The translations under genes and the position numbers were made by a program. Shown here piece after piece: positions 39,052 through 52,875 of a DNA stretch of 64,000 nt. Origin of the DNA: Octopus vulgaris (taxonomy: Eukaryota); contig OX597829.1 of assembly GCA_951406725.2 (NCBI GenBank), positions 28,086,001 through 28,150,000 of the forward strand, in the 5' to 3' direction. The notes under the pieces were generated by a model. The model made no database searches. It was not told where the DNA came from and saw nothing but the letters and a program-made list of their open reading frames with translations. How positions within the stretch are numbered: position 1 is the stretch's first letter; each line of letters starts with the position of its first letter.

Positions 39052-40420
39052 ATGAAGGTTCTACAACATGCAATGTTTTTAAGTGAGCATACCTTTTATA
39101 TTAACTGACATAGATTGTTCAAATTACACATGTCACACATGGGTAAAGTGTCTCTTCCTCTATGTGAAGGTACTCCATCAAAAATGATGTATTTGTGCCC
39201 TCATTGATCCCAACTCTTTAATCTTCTTTGAAAAGAAAATTTATATTTTCTTTTTTTCACAAACACTTTCATCTCTTCTTTGTCATCAAATTGTTGTCCA
39301 CAAAGACTGCCCTTCATTGAAATGGAAAAGTGGAAGTCAGAGGACACTATTTCCAGGCTGTATGGCAGATGAGGGACCAGTAACCAGCCCAATTTGCTGA
39401 TTGCTTCATTTGTTACCAAAGATCTATGTTGTCATTACATTATCAGGATGAATGTGGATTGTTTTAGGTTTCTTATTTGGACCTTTCTTCCTAATGGCTT
39501 CTCCAAGCTGTCTAAGTGTTCTACTCACTCTCTACTGTACAGCCACGCTCCAGAATATCAAGAAGAATGGATGTCCTTGTCATCCCCCAAAACAGTCACC
39601 ATGACTTTCCTTACCTGTCACTGGTTTATGAAGTTCTTATGCTTTGCAGGAAAGGTGTGACACCATTCCATGGACTGAGCTTTCATTTCCAGATCACAAA
39701 AATTTGTCCACATTTCATCCCCTGTCACCAGATTGGGGGTAAAAAAAAATGTGTCTTCATTGGTTTCAAATGCTTCCTGCAGACAGTGCAGACTTTTGCT
39801 CTTTTTACCTCTATATCAGTTGTTAACTGCCAATAAACCCACTTTGCACATCCTTTCTGATACACAAAGTTATCCCTATCTTCTGTTACGTATTATGGCC
39901 ACAGTTGTCCTGTTGTGCAGCAAGGTCACTGACAGTGACTCAACTGTCCATGCAAATCATTTTTCCCATTCACTGGCATTCCATATCAAATATCACAGTC
40001 GCTGATCTCCCACTGCATGATTTGTTTTCGATACTAGTCACCCACCTTCTTTTACCCTTTAGTATTCAAACTGGCCCTATTAGGGCCAAATATTGGGCCT
40101 GTTTTATGTTCAAACTGACCAGACCAGGCCTCTCATACCCACCCTAATATGTCATTCTAAAAATAAACAATCACATCATTGGAATCTCAAAACTACGAGA
40201 TAATGTATAATTAATTCAAAACAATGTGAATAAATAAGCATTGAATATGGTAGAATAACCTGAATGCCAAAGGGTTAAACTTCATTCATTTGGGCACAAT
40301 CAGCCCAAAGCCTTCTGTGAATGCTGAACAGCCTTTATCCCTCTTTCACCAAAAACTTCATCATGACAGCATGTTACTTCAGCCTGGAACCCATTACTTG
40401 CTTACATTGAAGAACCTGAG
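39052..40420 (-). mobile_element. Decayed mariner, interrupted by a piggyBac-type MITE at about 40051-40278
   Basis: LGW..VPHLPYS.EI.SSDFHF motif; the MITE ends ...aaagggttaa. Confidence 0.7.
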
Positions 40421-40630
40421 CAAGACATTGTATTTCATATTGCTCCAGTGTACTCAGCTGAAAAAAAATTAGAAAATATGTAGTACTTTTAGTTCAAAGG
40501 GCCAGCTTTGACTCATTCTGTGTCATGTTGAATTTCCCTGAGAACCATATTAAGGATACACATGTTTATGGAGTGCTCAGTTACTCGCGTGTTAATTTCA
40601 CAAGCTGGCTGTTCCATTGCCTAAATCAAC

Positions 40631-41045
40631 TTAAAATCCTTAAAAATGTTTTAGCCCGAAGGCTGCGGCCATGCTGGGGCACCACTGCTGAATGAGCTAC
40701 ACTAGTATGTGAATCCACCTCTGATACGTGGCACTTGATCAACAAGGGAGTTTGATGCCGCTGCCCGCATCTGTGTCTTCTGTCGTGAGGTAGGTTAATC
40801 TGGGACCCCTGACAAGAAGAGATCCAGTTTAGTTTTAAAGAAACCCACATCCACACCATGTAAGTCTCTCAGGCATTTAGGGAGGATGTTAAAGAGCTGT
40901 AGTCCTCTGAAACCCAAGCTGTTGCAGTATCTGGACCTGTATTTTGATGGTGATGTTGGAATCTTTGGCACCATGCAGTGGCGCCCTGTTCTGCGGTTGG
41001 GGTAACTTTGAATGCCAAAGTTTGGGACAAGACCCTCCAGGATCT
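40631..41045 (-). mobile_element. CR1/L2-group LINE 3' end inserted in a family C SINE
   Basis: Minus-strand translation KILEGLVPNFG...NSLGFRGLQLFNILPKCLRD...FKTKLDLFLSGVPD*P...RAAASNSLVDQ. Confidence 0.8.
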
Positions 41046-41553
41046 TGGAACATTTGTCAGCATAACCGATGGAGTACCAGTTGTGAAGAACAAATAAAAA
41101 AAGAATTTCTATAGAGGGAGATTTATTCTATCAATACATGCAATTTGAACAGTTTATATCATTAGATAAAAATGTAACTCCCGCTTTTTTGTATTACCTT
41201 TACTGCAACCCAGTGTAAGCATGTATGTGTTGTATGTTTGTGTGTTCCCTTTGTCAGGAAATTTATGTGCTGATTGAAGACAAAGTCAGCATGCATGTAA
41301 ACAGTGTTATTTGCTTACAGTCTTCTGTGAAGCAGGCTTTGTCAGTGTACTGTTTGTTATTTGGCAGATTAGGGGAAATATTCCCTTGCTTGGAAACAGG
41401 GAAGGGTTGGCAAGAGGAAGAAGCGAGTCCAGTGGTAAAAACATCTACCACAACAGTTTTTGCTTAACCCATGCAAGCAGACAGAGATATTTGGATCTTA
41501 AAATAATAACGCTGATGATATATGCATGCACATCCACACACACACACATGACT

Positions 41554-41586
<33 letters not shown>

Positions 41587-41819
41587 TGCAAAGGTGTATG
41601 GACTCGAGGTTAGAGTGTTCAGTTCATGGTAATGTTGGCCAAGATATTGGCCAGATCAACCTTTTCATACTTACCCTATAATGTCATTCTAAAGATAATC
41701 ACATCATCAGAATCTTGAGGTTACAAAATAATGCATAATTCAATATAATGTGATTATATAAACATTACATTTGACAGAGTAATCTGAATGTTAAAGAGTT
41801 GAACAACTATATTTGTTTA

Positions 41820-42420
41820 CTCGGATGATGGCACTTACAAACCCAGCTGTGTTTCTGTTAGGACAAGACAACCAGTAGTGGTGCTTAGGGAAGCAAATGA
41901 TTCTATTTGCCTCAGCGCAGATTTTTTGACTGGATTAAATGAAACCTTAGAAGACCACTCTTACCCTCTACCTAGTCCTGAAAACATTTTCAGCAAGCTT
42001 AATTGTGGTCGTTACTTTGCAAAAATCAAACAATTATGGAGATTATTGTAGAAAAAATGCAAAATGAATTAAATGACAGTTACAAGAGATACAAAAGATA
42101 TTTCCATCCCAGACAGCCAGTATGGGTGTGGCAATTTAGAAAGGAAAGTTTAGTGTGGTTGCTTGGTATAGTTTAAAAAGTGATATGGAAAAGTTATTTA
42201 TGAAATTCAAGTGGATGATCAAATCTCAGCAAAACAAGAAATAAATCTGAATAATAGAGTTCAAAGAAGTGAGACACACCTGGACATTCTGATGGAAGAA
42301 TCCAATTTACCTTCATCACAAGAATATATGCAAAAGAATTATTTCCCAAGTCAAACTTAATGAAGTTCTACTTGAGTGCACCAGAAGTTAAACAGGATCA
42401 TTCTAGATCCGCACAAGAAT
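41820..42420 (+). mobile_element. Ty3/Gypsy pol remnant, internally deleted
   Basis: PVVVLREANDSICLSADFLTGLNETLEDHSYPLPSPENIFSKLNCGRYFAKI (RT start), then F.P.QPVWV (post-integrase-like). Confidence 0.8.
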
Positions 42421-43599
42421 TTCTATGGCAGTGGAATTTAATTTTTTGTTGACAGGAAGATGTTAGGGATAAGAAAATAAATAGTTTTTAGCACATGGAC
42501 GTTTTAGTATATGAATGTAGCATTCAACATGGTACATTCCTGGAAAAATCAGTCTCTCTTCCATGTGTAATTCTTGCTCAGTTTTGTTGTCTAACAGACA
42601 GTTTTGTTTTTGCTGATTGTGATAATACAACTCTAATCTAAGTAAAAGTGAGTTATGAGTTCTTTTCTTTTTCACTGGAATCTTGTGGATTATATATTTT
42701 ATTATTCTTGTACTCGAGGCCCAAATTTCAAATTATCATTACAGTTACAATAGTTTCTTTTGAGTTTCAAAATCATTAAATTGACCAGATATAATGCCAT
42801 CATGGAATATAAACATAACAGTACTGGCAGCAAGAAGGAAAGCTGTCAATATTCATGCACATTGGGTTCTCTGATGATTTTGAAAATTGAAAGAAACACA
42901 AATCTTGTAAGTAGCATCATCTGGTTAAACAAATATCTCCACTCCACCAAATGTTATTCAGTACTTTACTTCAAATTGTGGCTCCCCCAGTTTTTCATCT
43001 CTCTCTCCCATTTATGCACACACACACACACATTCATATAAAAATAGATAATATATAAAAGGTCCAAAGTAATATATATACAGTATATATGAGATCAGTT
43101 AATAAGTTGTTGAAATCCATGATAATTTTATGTGAAATTTATGCTTTTCTATTCTAAATATATGTGTGCATGTAATATAAAGATATATTATATTGTATGG
43201 CTACACACACACACACACACACAGTCACTCACACATATATTTGCATGGTCATTGTTGTTATTATTTTTGTTGTTGTTATTGTTGTATCCAAAGTGAGCTA
43301 ATTTAAAAATTATGTATAACAATTATAAAGACCATCAGATACTTACATGGTTAATATGTTGCCTCTGTAATCATTATCATGCTGTATTCCTTACAACATA
43401 ATTATTTCTAATTAGATTTTGAATGGTTACTACATTAAATATATTAAATGTATCTTAACTATTTCTTCCCATGCAGACAGTACCTCTGAGTAATTTTCAT
43501 CAGTGATCTATTATTATTTTAAAATATGATTTTTGATTTTTCATTTTTTTGCATTTACTGGCAATAGGGAAAGCATCTAGTTCTAGAAAACTCTGCTCA

Positions 43600-45370
43600 A
43601 CTTATTCTCGACTGGACCGTGGTAAAGTAGACATTAAAATGATGACAATGACAACAACTGGTGTACAATGTTGAACATTCTTTAAAAACTTGTTGAAAAT
43701 GGATTTTAATTCCAAGATTCAAAGTAAAGCATACAAAAACTAAGATATCTGTTGTCTGTGCACCAACTGAAAATGAAGTAAAGTCATGTTCTGTAAACAG
43801 TGCCATGATGTTCTTAATGGCATACCTGACTAGGACATTAACCTGCTGACAGGTGACATGGATTCACAGAATAGTGGGAAGAGAGGAGAACTAGAATATG
43901 TGATTGGATCACATGGATTACTTCAATTAAGAATTGATGACAGAGAAAGGCTATCAACCCTTTAGCATTGAGATTACTCTGTCAAATGAAATGCTTGTTT
44001 ATTCACATTGTTTTGAATTAATCACATATTATCTCATAGTTTTGGGATTTTGATTATATGATTTTCATTTTTAGAGTGGTGACATTGTCAGGTAAGTGTA
44101 AGATACCAGATGTGTCCAGTTTGGACATGAAACTGGTAGAATATTGGGGCTGGGTTTGCCTTATTTGTATGCTAAAGGGGTAATCATATTCAAACAAAAA
44201 TAGCATGGGCAATGGAAATACCTAGTTTATCCACAAACAGATACATGAGAAAATTAGGCAATAATCAGATGGAAATATCAAGAATGAAATTAATTACCTG
44301 TTTGTGAACTAAAAATTGAAATCAGTGCTTCACAATTTACAAGCCTTTCAAGGAGCAGATGTTTACTCTAATCATCTCCTTTTTTATGTAAGTGGTTGTT
44401 AAAGTATGGCTGAAGAAAATCCAGAGAATGGTTGAGATATATACAAGAGAAAAATTGAAAAATGACAACATCAAAGCACAGTTGCAACTGACATTGAAAA
44501 ACATGCATAATGGCCTTCTAATTGGCCTGTGATGTTGAAGAACAGTGGGATGTATTAAGAGATGTGATCAGAAACAATGCAGGATAGGAGAAAGTCTATG
44601 AGACAGAGAGAAGTGTGACAAAAAAAAGTTGAATTTGGTTAAGAACATTGGTGTTGATTGGTGGGGGGAAAATAAGAAAACAAAGTAGTAGACAGCTGCA
44701 TCAAGAACATACTCCATAGAAAAGAACCAATTGTTGGATCACAATTTGAAAAGAAGCTTCAGAGCAGGAAAGAAGGCTTGGTTTGAAGAAAAAGATGAAG
44801 CAACGTCTGAAATTGATATGAAGACCCTGTAGAAAATTAGTTGGGAGAAAAGACTCAGTGGAATGTGCCAGTAAAAGACAAGATTTAGAAAGTGTAGAAC
44901 AGAAGAACACTTGTGGGTGCTTTTTTTTTTGTGTAGAATTCTGCTATGGCAATTTTGTGCTACTGTTGATGCAAAATTATGAGAGCTGGCAGAGAACAAT
45001 AACAATAATATTGTGAAGAAATTTTCACAAAACAGAATATCAACAAGGGCACCATTGTCTGGACTTTGTAAGTCGAGCACTTAGCATTTGTTGATAAATT
45101 TTATTTATTTTAAAAAGAATTTGACAGTATTCCTCAAGAGAGAGAGAGAGAGAGAGAGAGTTTCTGTGGAGCATCATAAAGATTACAGGATCCCGGAGCA
45201 CCACATTTCAATATTTAGAAACATATAGCATAAGAATGTAACTGATCATATCCTGCAGTAGCCAGATCAGCGGTATGTAAAAACAGCATTGAAATGAACA
45301 TCAACAGAAGGAAAAAAGATGAGAAAGGCTACAGATTACACAGAGAGAGACATCTGAGAAAATACAGAAA
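43600..45370 (+). mobile_element. Highly decayed RTE-like LINE with nested piggyBac-type MITE (about 43955-44182)
   Basis: Residual V.APTE (APE domain) and FKK.FDSI (RT) motifs. Confidence 0.55.
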
Positions 45371-45782
45371 ATGCAACTGATTGAAATAACTAAAGTACAA
45401 CTGCCAACTAATATGCAAACGAACACATGTGGGTCGAACTACATGACTGACTTGGATGATTCTCCCAGCAAGTATGGTGAAGTGTTATATCAAAACATGC
45501 CACAATTGCTAGCCCTACTTACCAAGACCATTAAAATAATGTTATTCATTTGCTAATGTTGTATTTTCTTCACTGCATAGTTATTTTTAATTTGCTTTCC
45601 AATGTTCACTGTATTGACCACATTAACATTATCTTAACTATTATATTTCCATGTGGATGATACTGAGTAAATGATCTTAGTAATTTATTTTATGCTCTGT
45701 TTGTTTATTCATTTTTATATAATATTGCATGTCTACGTAGTGATTCTTTCATAACATCTTTGGCAAATACAGTGAAGTCTAT

Positions 45783-45825
45783 GCTTCTCTGATGAGGTCT
45801 AATAAATCTGAAGCATGTCTGAAGT
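45783..45825 (+). ncRNA. Degenerate minimal hammerhead motif
   Basis: cttct-CTGATGA-ggtctaataaatct-GAAG-CATG-TC-tgaag. Confidence 0.4.
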
Positions 45826-46699
45826 TATCTCATATGCTTGCCATAATAATTAAAACGGCCATTAGCCATTGAGGTAACGTTGCCTATTGTTTTTCGATTA
45901 ACTATTTAATTGTCACTGCATTGAACTATGCTAAACATTAACATGACTAATGCAGGGTTTTGGTTTGGTGCCAGTGCTTTTGGCTTCAATAATAATTTCA
46001 TATGAATTGAATTATTGTTTTTAACATATTTCCACAGGAATTTATCTCAACTAATACTACTGCTGCTGCTGTTGCCACTACTGCTGCTACTACTTCTGCA
46101 GATAATAATAACACTACTAATTATTCTTTTCAAAAATTGTAATTATGGTAATAACAATAATAATAATGGTAAAGGTTGTCGTGATGATTTTTCTTTTTGC
46201 CATCTGGGCACTATGATACAGAAACATTTAAAAGGAAAGAATAAAGAAAACACTATCTCATAACAAAAATAATTATGGTGGTGCTAATAAATTATTTTGA
46301 AAAAGCATAACTCATTTGTTTTGTTTTACTTTGAGTTGGATTAATTTGTCAGATTTTCTATTTAATCTATCATTCCTTTTTTAGTAAATTACTAATAATT
46401 TAGAAGTTTGCTTTGCAACCAGATGAGTCACACTATGTGACACCTTGGGCAGGTGTCTTTTTCTATAGCCCCAGGCCAACCAATGCCTTGTGAGTGAAGT
46501 TGGTTGTCGGAAACTGAAAGAAGCCTGTTTTATATGTGCATGTGTGTGTGTATCATCATCATCATCATTGTTTAATGACTAGCAGAGTCAAAAAATATTC
46601 TAACAAAATGTTTTACAGCTCGAATGCATATGATCACATGTTTGCTATGAGTGGAAGAATTCAAATACTTGGGAATCACGATTATATCTACAAGCATTA

Positions 46700-48100
46700 T
46701 TCTAATTCAATTCCCTTGTAGATCTAATTTTATAGGTTTTTAGAAATGTAGAGTGAAATTTATGGCTACACAAGGGGATTGTATCTGCAAACTTATTTAA
46801 CATATTAGTGGTATATAATTTAAGGATTAGATACGATTCCCTTATACACAATATATACCTACCAGAACCATTACCATATGGGGGAGCCCTCGCAATTATA
46901 GACCATGTCAGGTCATAAGGCAAATTATTATCCCTAAGTTTATTTATGTATGCCGCTAAGGAAGTGGAATTCTTATATTTAGGGTTTGGAAAGGAATTCA
47001 GATGGGCCCTATGTCTCCTTTTGAAATCTATTGTACTGCCAATATATATCTTGTTTTGTCTCTTGGGTATGCTAACTATACATTTATACACAACATTGTA
47101 TCAAAGACATGATCCTGCAAACAGGCAGGTTTTGAGAGCTCTGCAGTTACAAATTTTATTCGGTGGCAACCTACTTTTAATGTTCTTATTTATATTGCCA
47201 GCATTATTAATATCATTAGACTGGGATATATACCTAATTTTAAATTCATTAAAGTTTGATTATAATTATTTGTTACATTAGTATTTGGGGTTGGTACCTT
47301 AGCTTTACCCTTATTTCTGTTAGTACATAGTGCTAGTTCTAAAGCATTATTATTTGTTGCACTGTTGTTGTCCTTATTTTTTGCTATATCCTTAATTTCA
47401 TTAGTGCATGTTCTTTCCCCTAAATTATTATTATTACTTACCCTATTGTTGACCTTATTCATTATACGTTTAATTTTACCCCTATTTATAGAAGCTATTA
47501 TTGTCCCTAAGTTAGGCATTGCTGAGTACAAGAATTTTACAGTAGATTTATTACAAATGGTGTAATATCTGTGATGTTTTGGGAAGTTAGATTCTAGAAT
47601 TTTAAAAAACAATCTAGGTAGATTCTTAACCCTAAGTGAGGAAAGAGGGGCAAACCAAATAACTTCAAGTAATCTGGGTTTACAATTTCTAATTGTATTA
47701 GAAGTCCCAGGAGTAGGAGGCTAATACTTATAATTATTATAATACCTATGATTTCTCAGCCTAAAGCATTTAATATGCGGTTGATTCGTGCTAGTATCAT
47801 TTAATTGACCTATGTTCACTTATACCTATGCTATTATTAGTATAAATATTTGTGATCTTTCTTTTTAATTTAGTATCTGGTATATAGTAGATACTATATT
47901 AAACCCACTTAATTTCAAGGCATTATTATATGGGGGGGGGGGGGGTGATTGAAGATTTCCTCATTAGCGGAAAGTTTATTTATAAGTATAAAGCTACAGT
48001 AACAACTCCCTCCCCAATGTGGTTAGCCATGATAAGATGGCTTCTATACTTTACATTATCGAGCGATTACTGTTTCAATCTCATTCTGAGATTTAATTAT
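46700..48100 (-). mobile_element. Penelope-like element (Naiad-type), RT C-terminus plus GIY-YIG, with terminal sequence
   Basis: IWFAP...FPKHHRY..I.N..TVK..YS.MPN, CNCR...C...G.C linker, VVYKC...IYIGST..FK.RH..H..SF...W.I...C..E. Confidence 0.9.
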
Positions 48101-48759
48101 ATTTATAAGTAATTTTATATGTATTTTTATATATTCTTATATCTCTTCTATATATGAGATAAAGTGTCTTGCTCAACAACACAACACAAGGCCTGGTCCA
48201 GTAATCGAACTCACAACCTCATAATCATAAGCTCAACACTCTAACCTTGTAAAGTCAATACCACCATGACTGATATCCAATCTACAGTGGAGAAGGCTAG
48301 CCACTGGATTTGGTTAAAAAGAGACGATGAGCGATGGCTAGAAGTATATTGAGTTCTTCATAACCAGCTGATCTAGCAAGCGGGGCCTCATATCAGTGAG
48401 GGGGGCCGGTGCGCATTGATGCCGTCGAGAGGTAGGCCCCGAAACGGCGTGCATTCTCTCCTGATGACCCCATACACTTGCTAGCTTCCGGTATACGGAG
48501 CTTTTAACTGGTAGCACTTGCATGTGCAAGTTGTTTGCAAGACATTTATATCCTTGGAGAATCTTTATGCCTGTACATGCATGATTTGTGTTGATGTGTA
48601 TAAATATATATTATTCAACTACTTTGACTGAATATTTTCATTTATGTGTTCGGGAATCTGTTTGACTGCCTATGATTTGTGTTTTCAATTTCCTCTACTC
48701 TCTCTCTCTCTCTCTTTCTCTCCCTCTCTTTATATATATATATATATATATATATAGTG

Positions 48760-49100
48760 AAGGCACATGGCTCAGTGGTTAGAGTGTTGAGATTATGATC
48801 ATGAGGTTGTGAGTTCGATTACTGGACCAGGCCTTGTGTTGTGTTGTTGAGCAAGACACTTTATCTCATGCTGCTCCAGCTCACACATCTGTAGAAATGA
48901 GTTGTAACATTCCCAGTTCCAAGCTGTATCAGCCTTTGCCTTTCTCTTCGATAACATTGGTGGTGTGGAGAGGGGAGACTGGTATGCATGGGCAACTGCT
49001 GGTCTTCCATAAACAGCCTTGCCCGGACTTGTGCCTCAGAGGGGAACTTTCTAGGTACAATCCCATTGGCATTCATGACCAAAGGGGATCTTTACTCCTT
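48760..49100 (+). mobile_element. tRNA-derived SINE family D
   Basis: Homologous to 24010-24335. Confidence 0.8.
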
Positions 49101-49361
49101 TAATCCTATATATATTTGTGTATGTATGTTTATATGTGTGTGTATATATGTATGTATCTTCATCATCATTTAATGTCCACCTTTCACGCATGTATGGGTA
49201 GGACGTATATATATATATATATACTCTTGTGTCTGTTGTAGGCAGTATATGGTTTTTTTTTTGTAGCGTTCAGGGGCAGCAAACAGAAGGGCCACCCCGA
49301 GCAGCACACACTTTAGCTATGCTAATGTACAAGGGCATCTGTTGACAGGCCAATGTTTGTT

Positions 49362-49593
49362 ATTTCTATATTGCCCACATGGGGCTAAACATAGAGGTGA
49401 CAAACAAGGACAGACAAAGAATTAAGTTGATTACATTGAACCCAGTGCGTAACTGGTACTTAATTTATCAACCCCCGAAAGGATGAAAGGCAAAGTCGAC
49501 CTCGGTGGAATTTGAACTCAGAATGTAACAACAGATGAAATACTGTTAAGCATTTCACCCTGCATGCTAACAGTCCTGCTAGTTCGCTGCCTT
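49362..49593 (-). mobile_element. SINE family B
   Basis: Homology to other B copies. Confidence 0.85.
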
Positions 49594-51703
49594 ACACAAA
49601 CATTGACAGGCCAATGTTTGTGTCTGCACCCCACCCCCACTGGCATTAGATGTGCATCATTTAGCATTCTTATATTTAGTATGTTAATCAACTCTTTGAT
49701 TTAGTATCTGTCGACACCTGTCCTATTTCATCCCTTGATTGATTTATGGTTACACACCCACACAGGTTCATTCATCCATAAAAAGGCATTCACACACACA
49801 CAGATATAAATGTATACATACAACTGGCTTCTTTCAGTTTCCATCTGCCAAATCCACTCACAAGACTTTGGTCAGTCTGAGGCTGTAGTAGACGACACTT
49901 GCTCAAGGTACCATGCAGTGGGACTGAACCTAGAACCATGTTGTTAGAAAGCAAACTTGTTATCACATATCTATGTCTGCGCCTATATGAAATTAATGAT
50001 GAAACATATTTGGAAAATGTAGTCATTTAAAACAAAAGAAAAAATAATAGACAAATAGCTGTAGAGTTAAGAGGCTCACCTTGCAATCTTGTGGTTTTAG
50101 GTTCAGTTCTACTGCATGGTACCTTCACCAAGTGTCTTCTAAAATAGTTGCAAGTCAACTAATGTCTTGTGAGTGAATTTGGTTGCCATAAACTTTGTGG
50201 AAGATTGTGTGTGCGTGTGCATGTGGTGTGTCTGTGTGTGTATGTGTACATGAGTGTGTTTGCGTGTGTGTGTATGTGTGTGTGTTTGAGTGCGCCTGTG
50301 TGTGTGCATGTTTGAGTGTGTGTGTTTGAGAATGTGTGTTTTTGAGCATGTGTGTGTTTGAGTGTCTGTGTATTTATGTGTGTGTGTTTCTGTGTTTGTT
50401 CCCCACCAGTGCTTGACAACCAGTGTTAGTTTGTTTACGTCCTTGCAACCTAGTAGCTTGGCAAAAGAGACAGATAGAACAAGTATTAGTTTGGTAAAGA
50501 AGATAGAAAAGGGATAGAAAGAAAAAGATAATTACTTAGGTTGTTTTGTTCAACTAAAACCCTTCAAGGTGGTGCCCCAGCATGGCTGCCATCCAGTGAC
50601 TGATACAAGTAAAAATAACGTTTGACACATAAATGTTCCAGAAAATTCTCTTTTAAAATTACGCACGAAGTGTTGATAGATTAAGGAGAGGTGAGAGATT
50701 AGTCTCTGTCCAAACGAATGGCATTTACTGGCAATGACAGGTAAGCCTGTACTCAATACGGAAAGATTATAACTTTAAAACTAAAAACACTACATGAGAA
50801 AGGGAGGAAAAATGAGAAAAGAAAATGGGGGAGAGAGACATAGAGAGGTATTTATGTATTATATCTCTGTATGTATATGTGTGAGTTTATGTGCACTGCA
50901 GATATGTGTTTGCATCTGTATACATACATGCTTGCACACAAGCACACACACACAGAGGCAGATATATCAACTCGTCTATGTATGTGTGTGTATATGTATG
51001 TATGCATGTATGTACATATGTATGTATGTATGAATCTATGTACTTATGTATGTATTTATCCATCTATCAACATATATGTGCTTGTGTGTGTGTGTGTGTG
51101 TATAGATGTACATGGAAAGAAAGAGGGGAGAGAGAAAGGGAGAGAAAGATGGGAAAATGGATATAAATATGTATGTGAATATATAGAATGGGAGAGAAGG
51201 TGAAAGGTAGGTAGAGACAAGGGGATAGAGGTGGACAGAGAAAGAAGTAACAAGGAATTTCTCTTGTTCAGTCATTTACAACTAAAATTACCGATTCTTT
51301 AGGAAATTCTTATACTCTTTTGATCAATGCTTTTCTTGTTCTACTGGGAACCTATGGCTCATATAACACATGTATACATATATGCCTATATTTTGTCTCA
51401 TACACATATAATCATGCAACTGCACACACAACATATATATATATATATATATAACATATATTGTTATACTTAGTGATGGTCATATTTTGCCAATTAAACA
51501 CTTGCACTATAGATTTGGTTTTCACTTTAGCATCATTACTATTATTTTAGTTTCTTTGTCAAAGTACTTTCATCACACATTCTGTGACCTCTTCAGTAAC
51601 TTCCTGCACCATGTGTCTCCTCTTGTTATGCTCATTTCATTTTGTCTAGACAAAATATATAATGTCTCTTTTTACTTGACAAAATAGGATCTTCCCCATG
51701 TAT

Positions 51704-51779
<76 letters not shown>

Positions 51780-51929
51780 TTTCTGACAAGTTGTGGTGCA
51801 CCTGAGCACTGTATACAATAATTTCATTATTATTATATATATATATATATATAGTAATAACTATAATCCTTGGATGGAATTAATTAATTTATAAACCAGT
51901 AGAAACAGAGGAAACAAAATACACTAACA

Positions 51930-52545
51930 AAAGAAATGGAAAAGCAAGTGATGAAATTATTTGGTTTAATCCAACTTTCAATTCACAGATAAAATCCAAA
52001 ATAAGTCAGGAATTCTTTGCAACATTAGATAAGCACTTTCCAAGATCTAAATATCACAAAATCATCAACAGGCATAACATAAAATTAGCATATCTAATCT
52101 AAAATACCACATACATTAACTAAATAATGCAAAACTAAATAGAATAAAACTGGAGGGGTGATATGGAACAGCCGTAGATCATTACACAGTATACAACAAT
52201 GGAATGGTTGCAAATAAGAGTAATAAAAGCTCATCAATAGCAAAAACAGATCCAAACAACACCACTGAGTTGACAGTCCAATCCATACATAAGGAAAATG
52301 AGTACACGATTATAGGAGGAAGAGGAAGGGGGACCATCAGTTGTAACTCTGCTGGGAGATCAGAAAAAATAAGATCATTTGTAATTGCAGACATAAAGAA
52401 AATGTAAATTTAACAACAACTGCATGATAAAGGATGTACTTTACAAATGTGAGGTGAAGGCAGATACGCAGAAATATATGTACACTGGTGGCACTAGAGA
52501 CACAACGAAATACGTATACATAACCATCTTATATCATTTTCCAAT
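51930..52545 (+). mobile_element. Penelope-like (Naiad-type) remnant
   Basis: IIWFNPTFN..., then DVLYKCEVK...YMYTGGT...IHNHL.SF. Confidence 0.75.
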
Positions 52546-52836
52546 ATAAGGTTTGTTAGTGTATTTTGTTTCCTCTGCTACTGTTTTATAAATTAATAAA
52601 TTCCATCCAAGGATTATTATTATGGTTTTCTTTATTAGTTAGTCTTCTCCAACAGGGATGCCTTGACAAAGACCAGAGGTCCCTCACTCCCACTGGGTTT
52701 ACTGTTCCTTCAAATATCAACCCAAATATTTCTACAGCCAAGTGCTAATATATACAGACACACTGTGACAGATACACACTCCTGCACACACACACACACA
52801 CACACACTCACACACATACATGTGCGCGCGCGCGCG

Positions 52837-52875
<39 letters not shown>

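Noticed and set aside
47095-47160. Selenocysteine recoding in the Naiad-type element (in-frame TGA in the linker)
   Set aside because: The TGA follows C-L rather than occupying a conserved Cys position and is better explained as CGA-to-TGA decay; no SECIS recognised.
48437-48471. Type-II hammerhead (GAAAC...CTGATGA)
   Set aside because: Flanks are CCCC on both sides so stem II cannot form, and there is no valid NUH or stem I.
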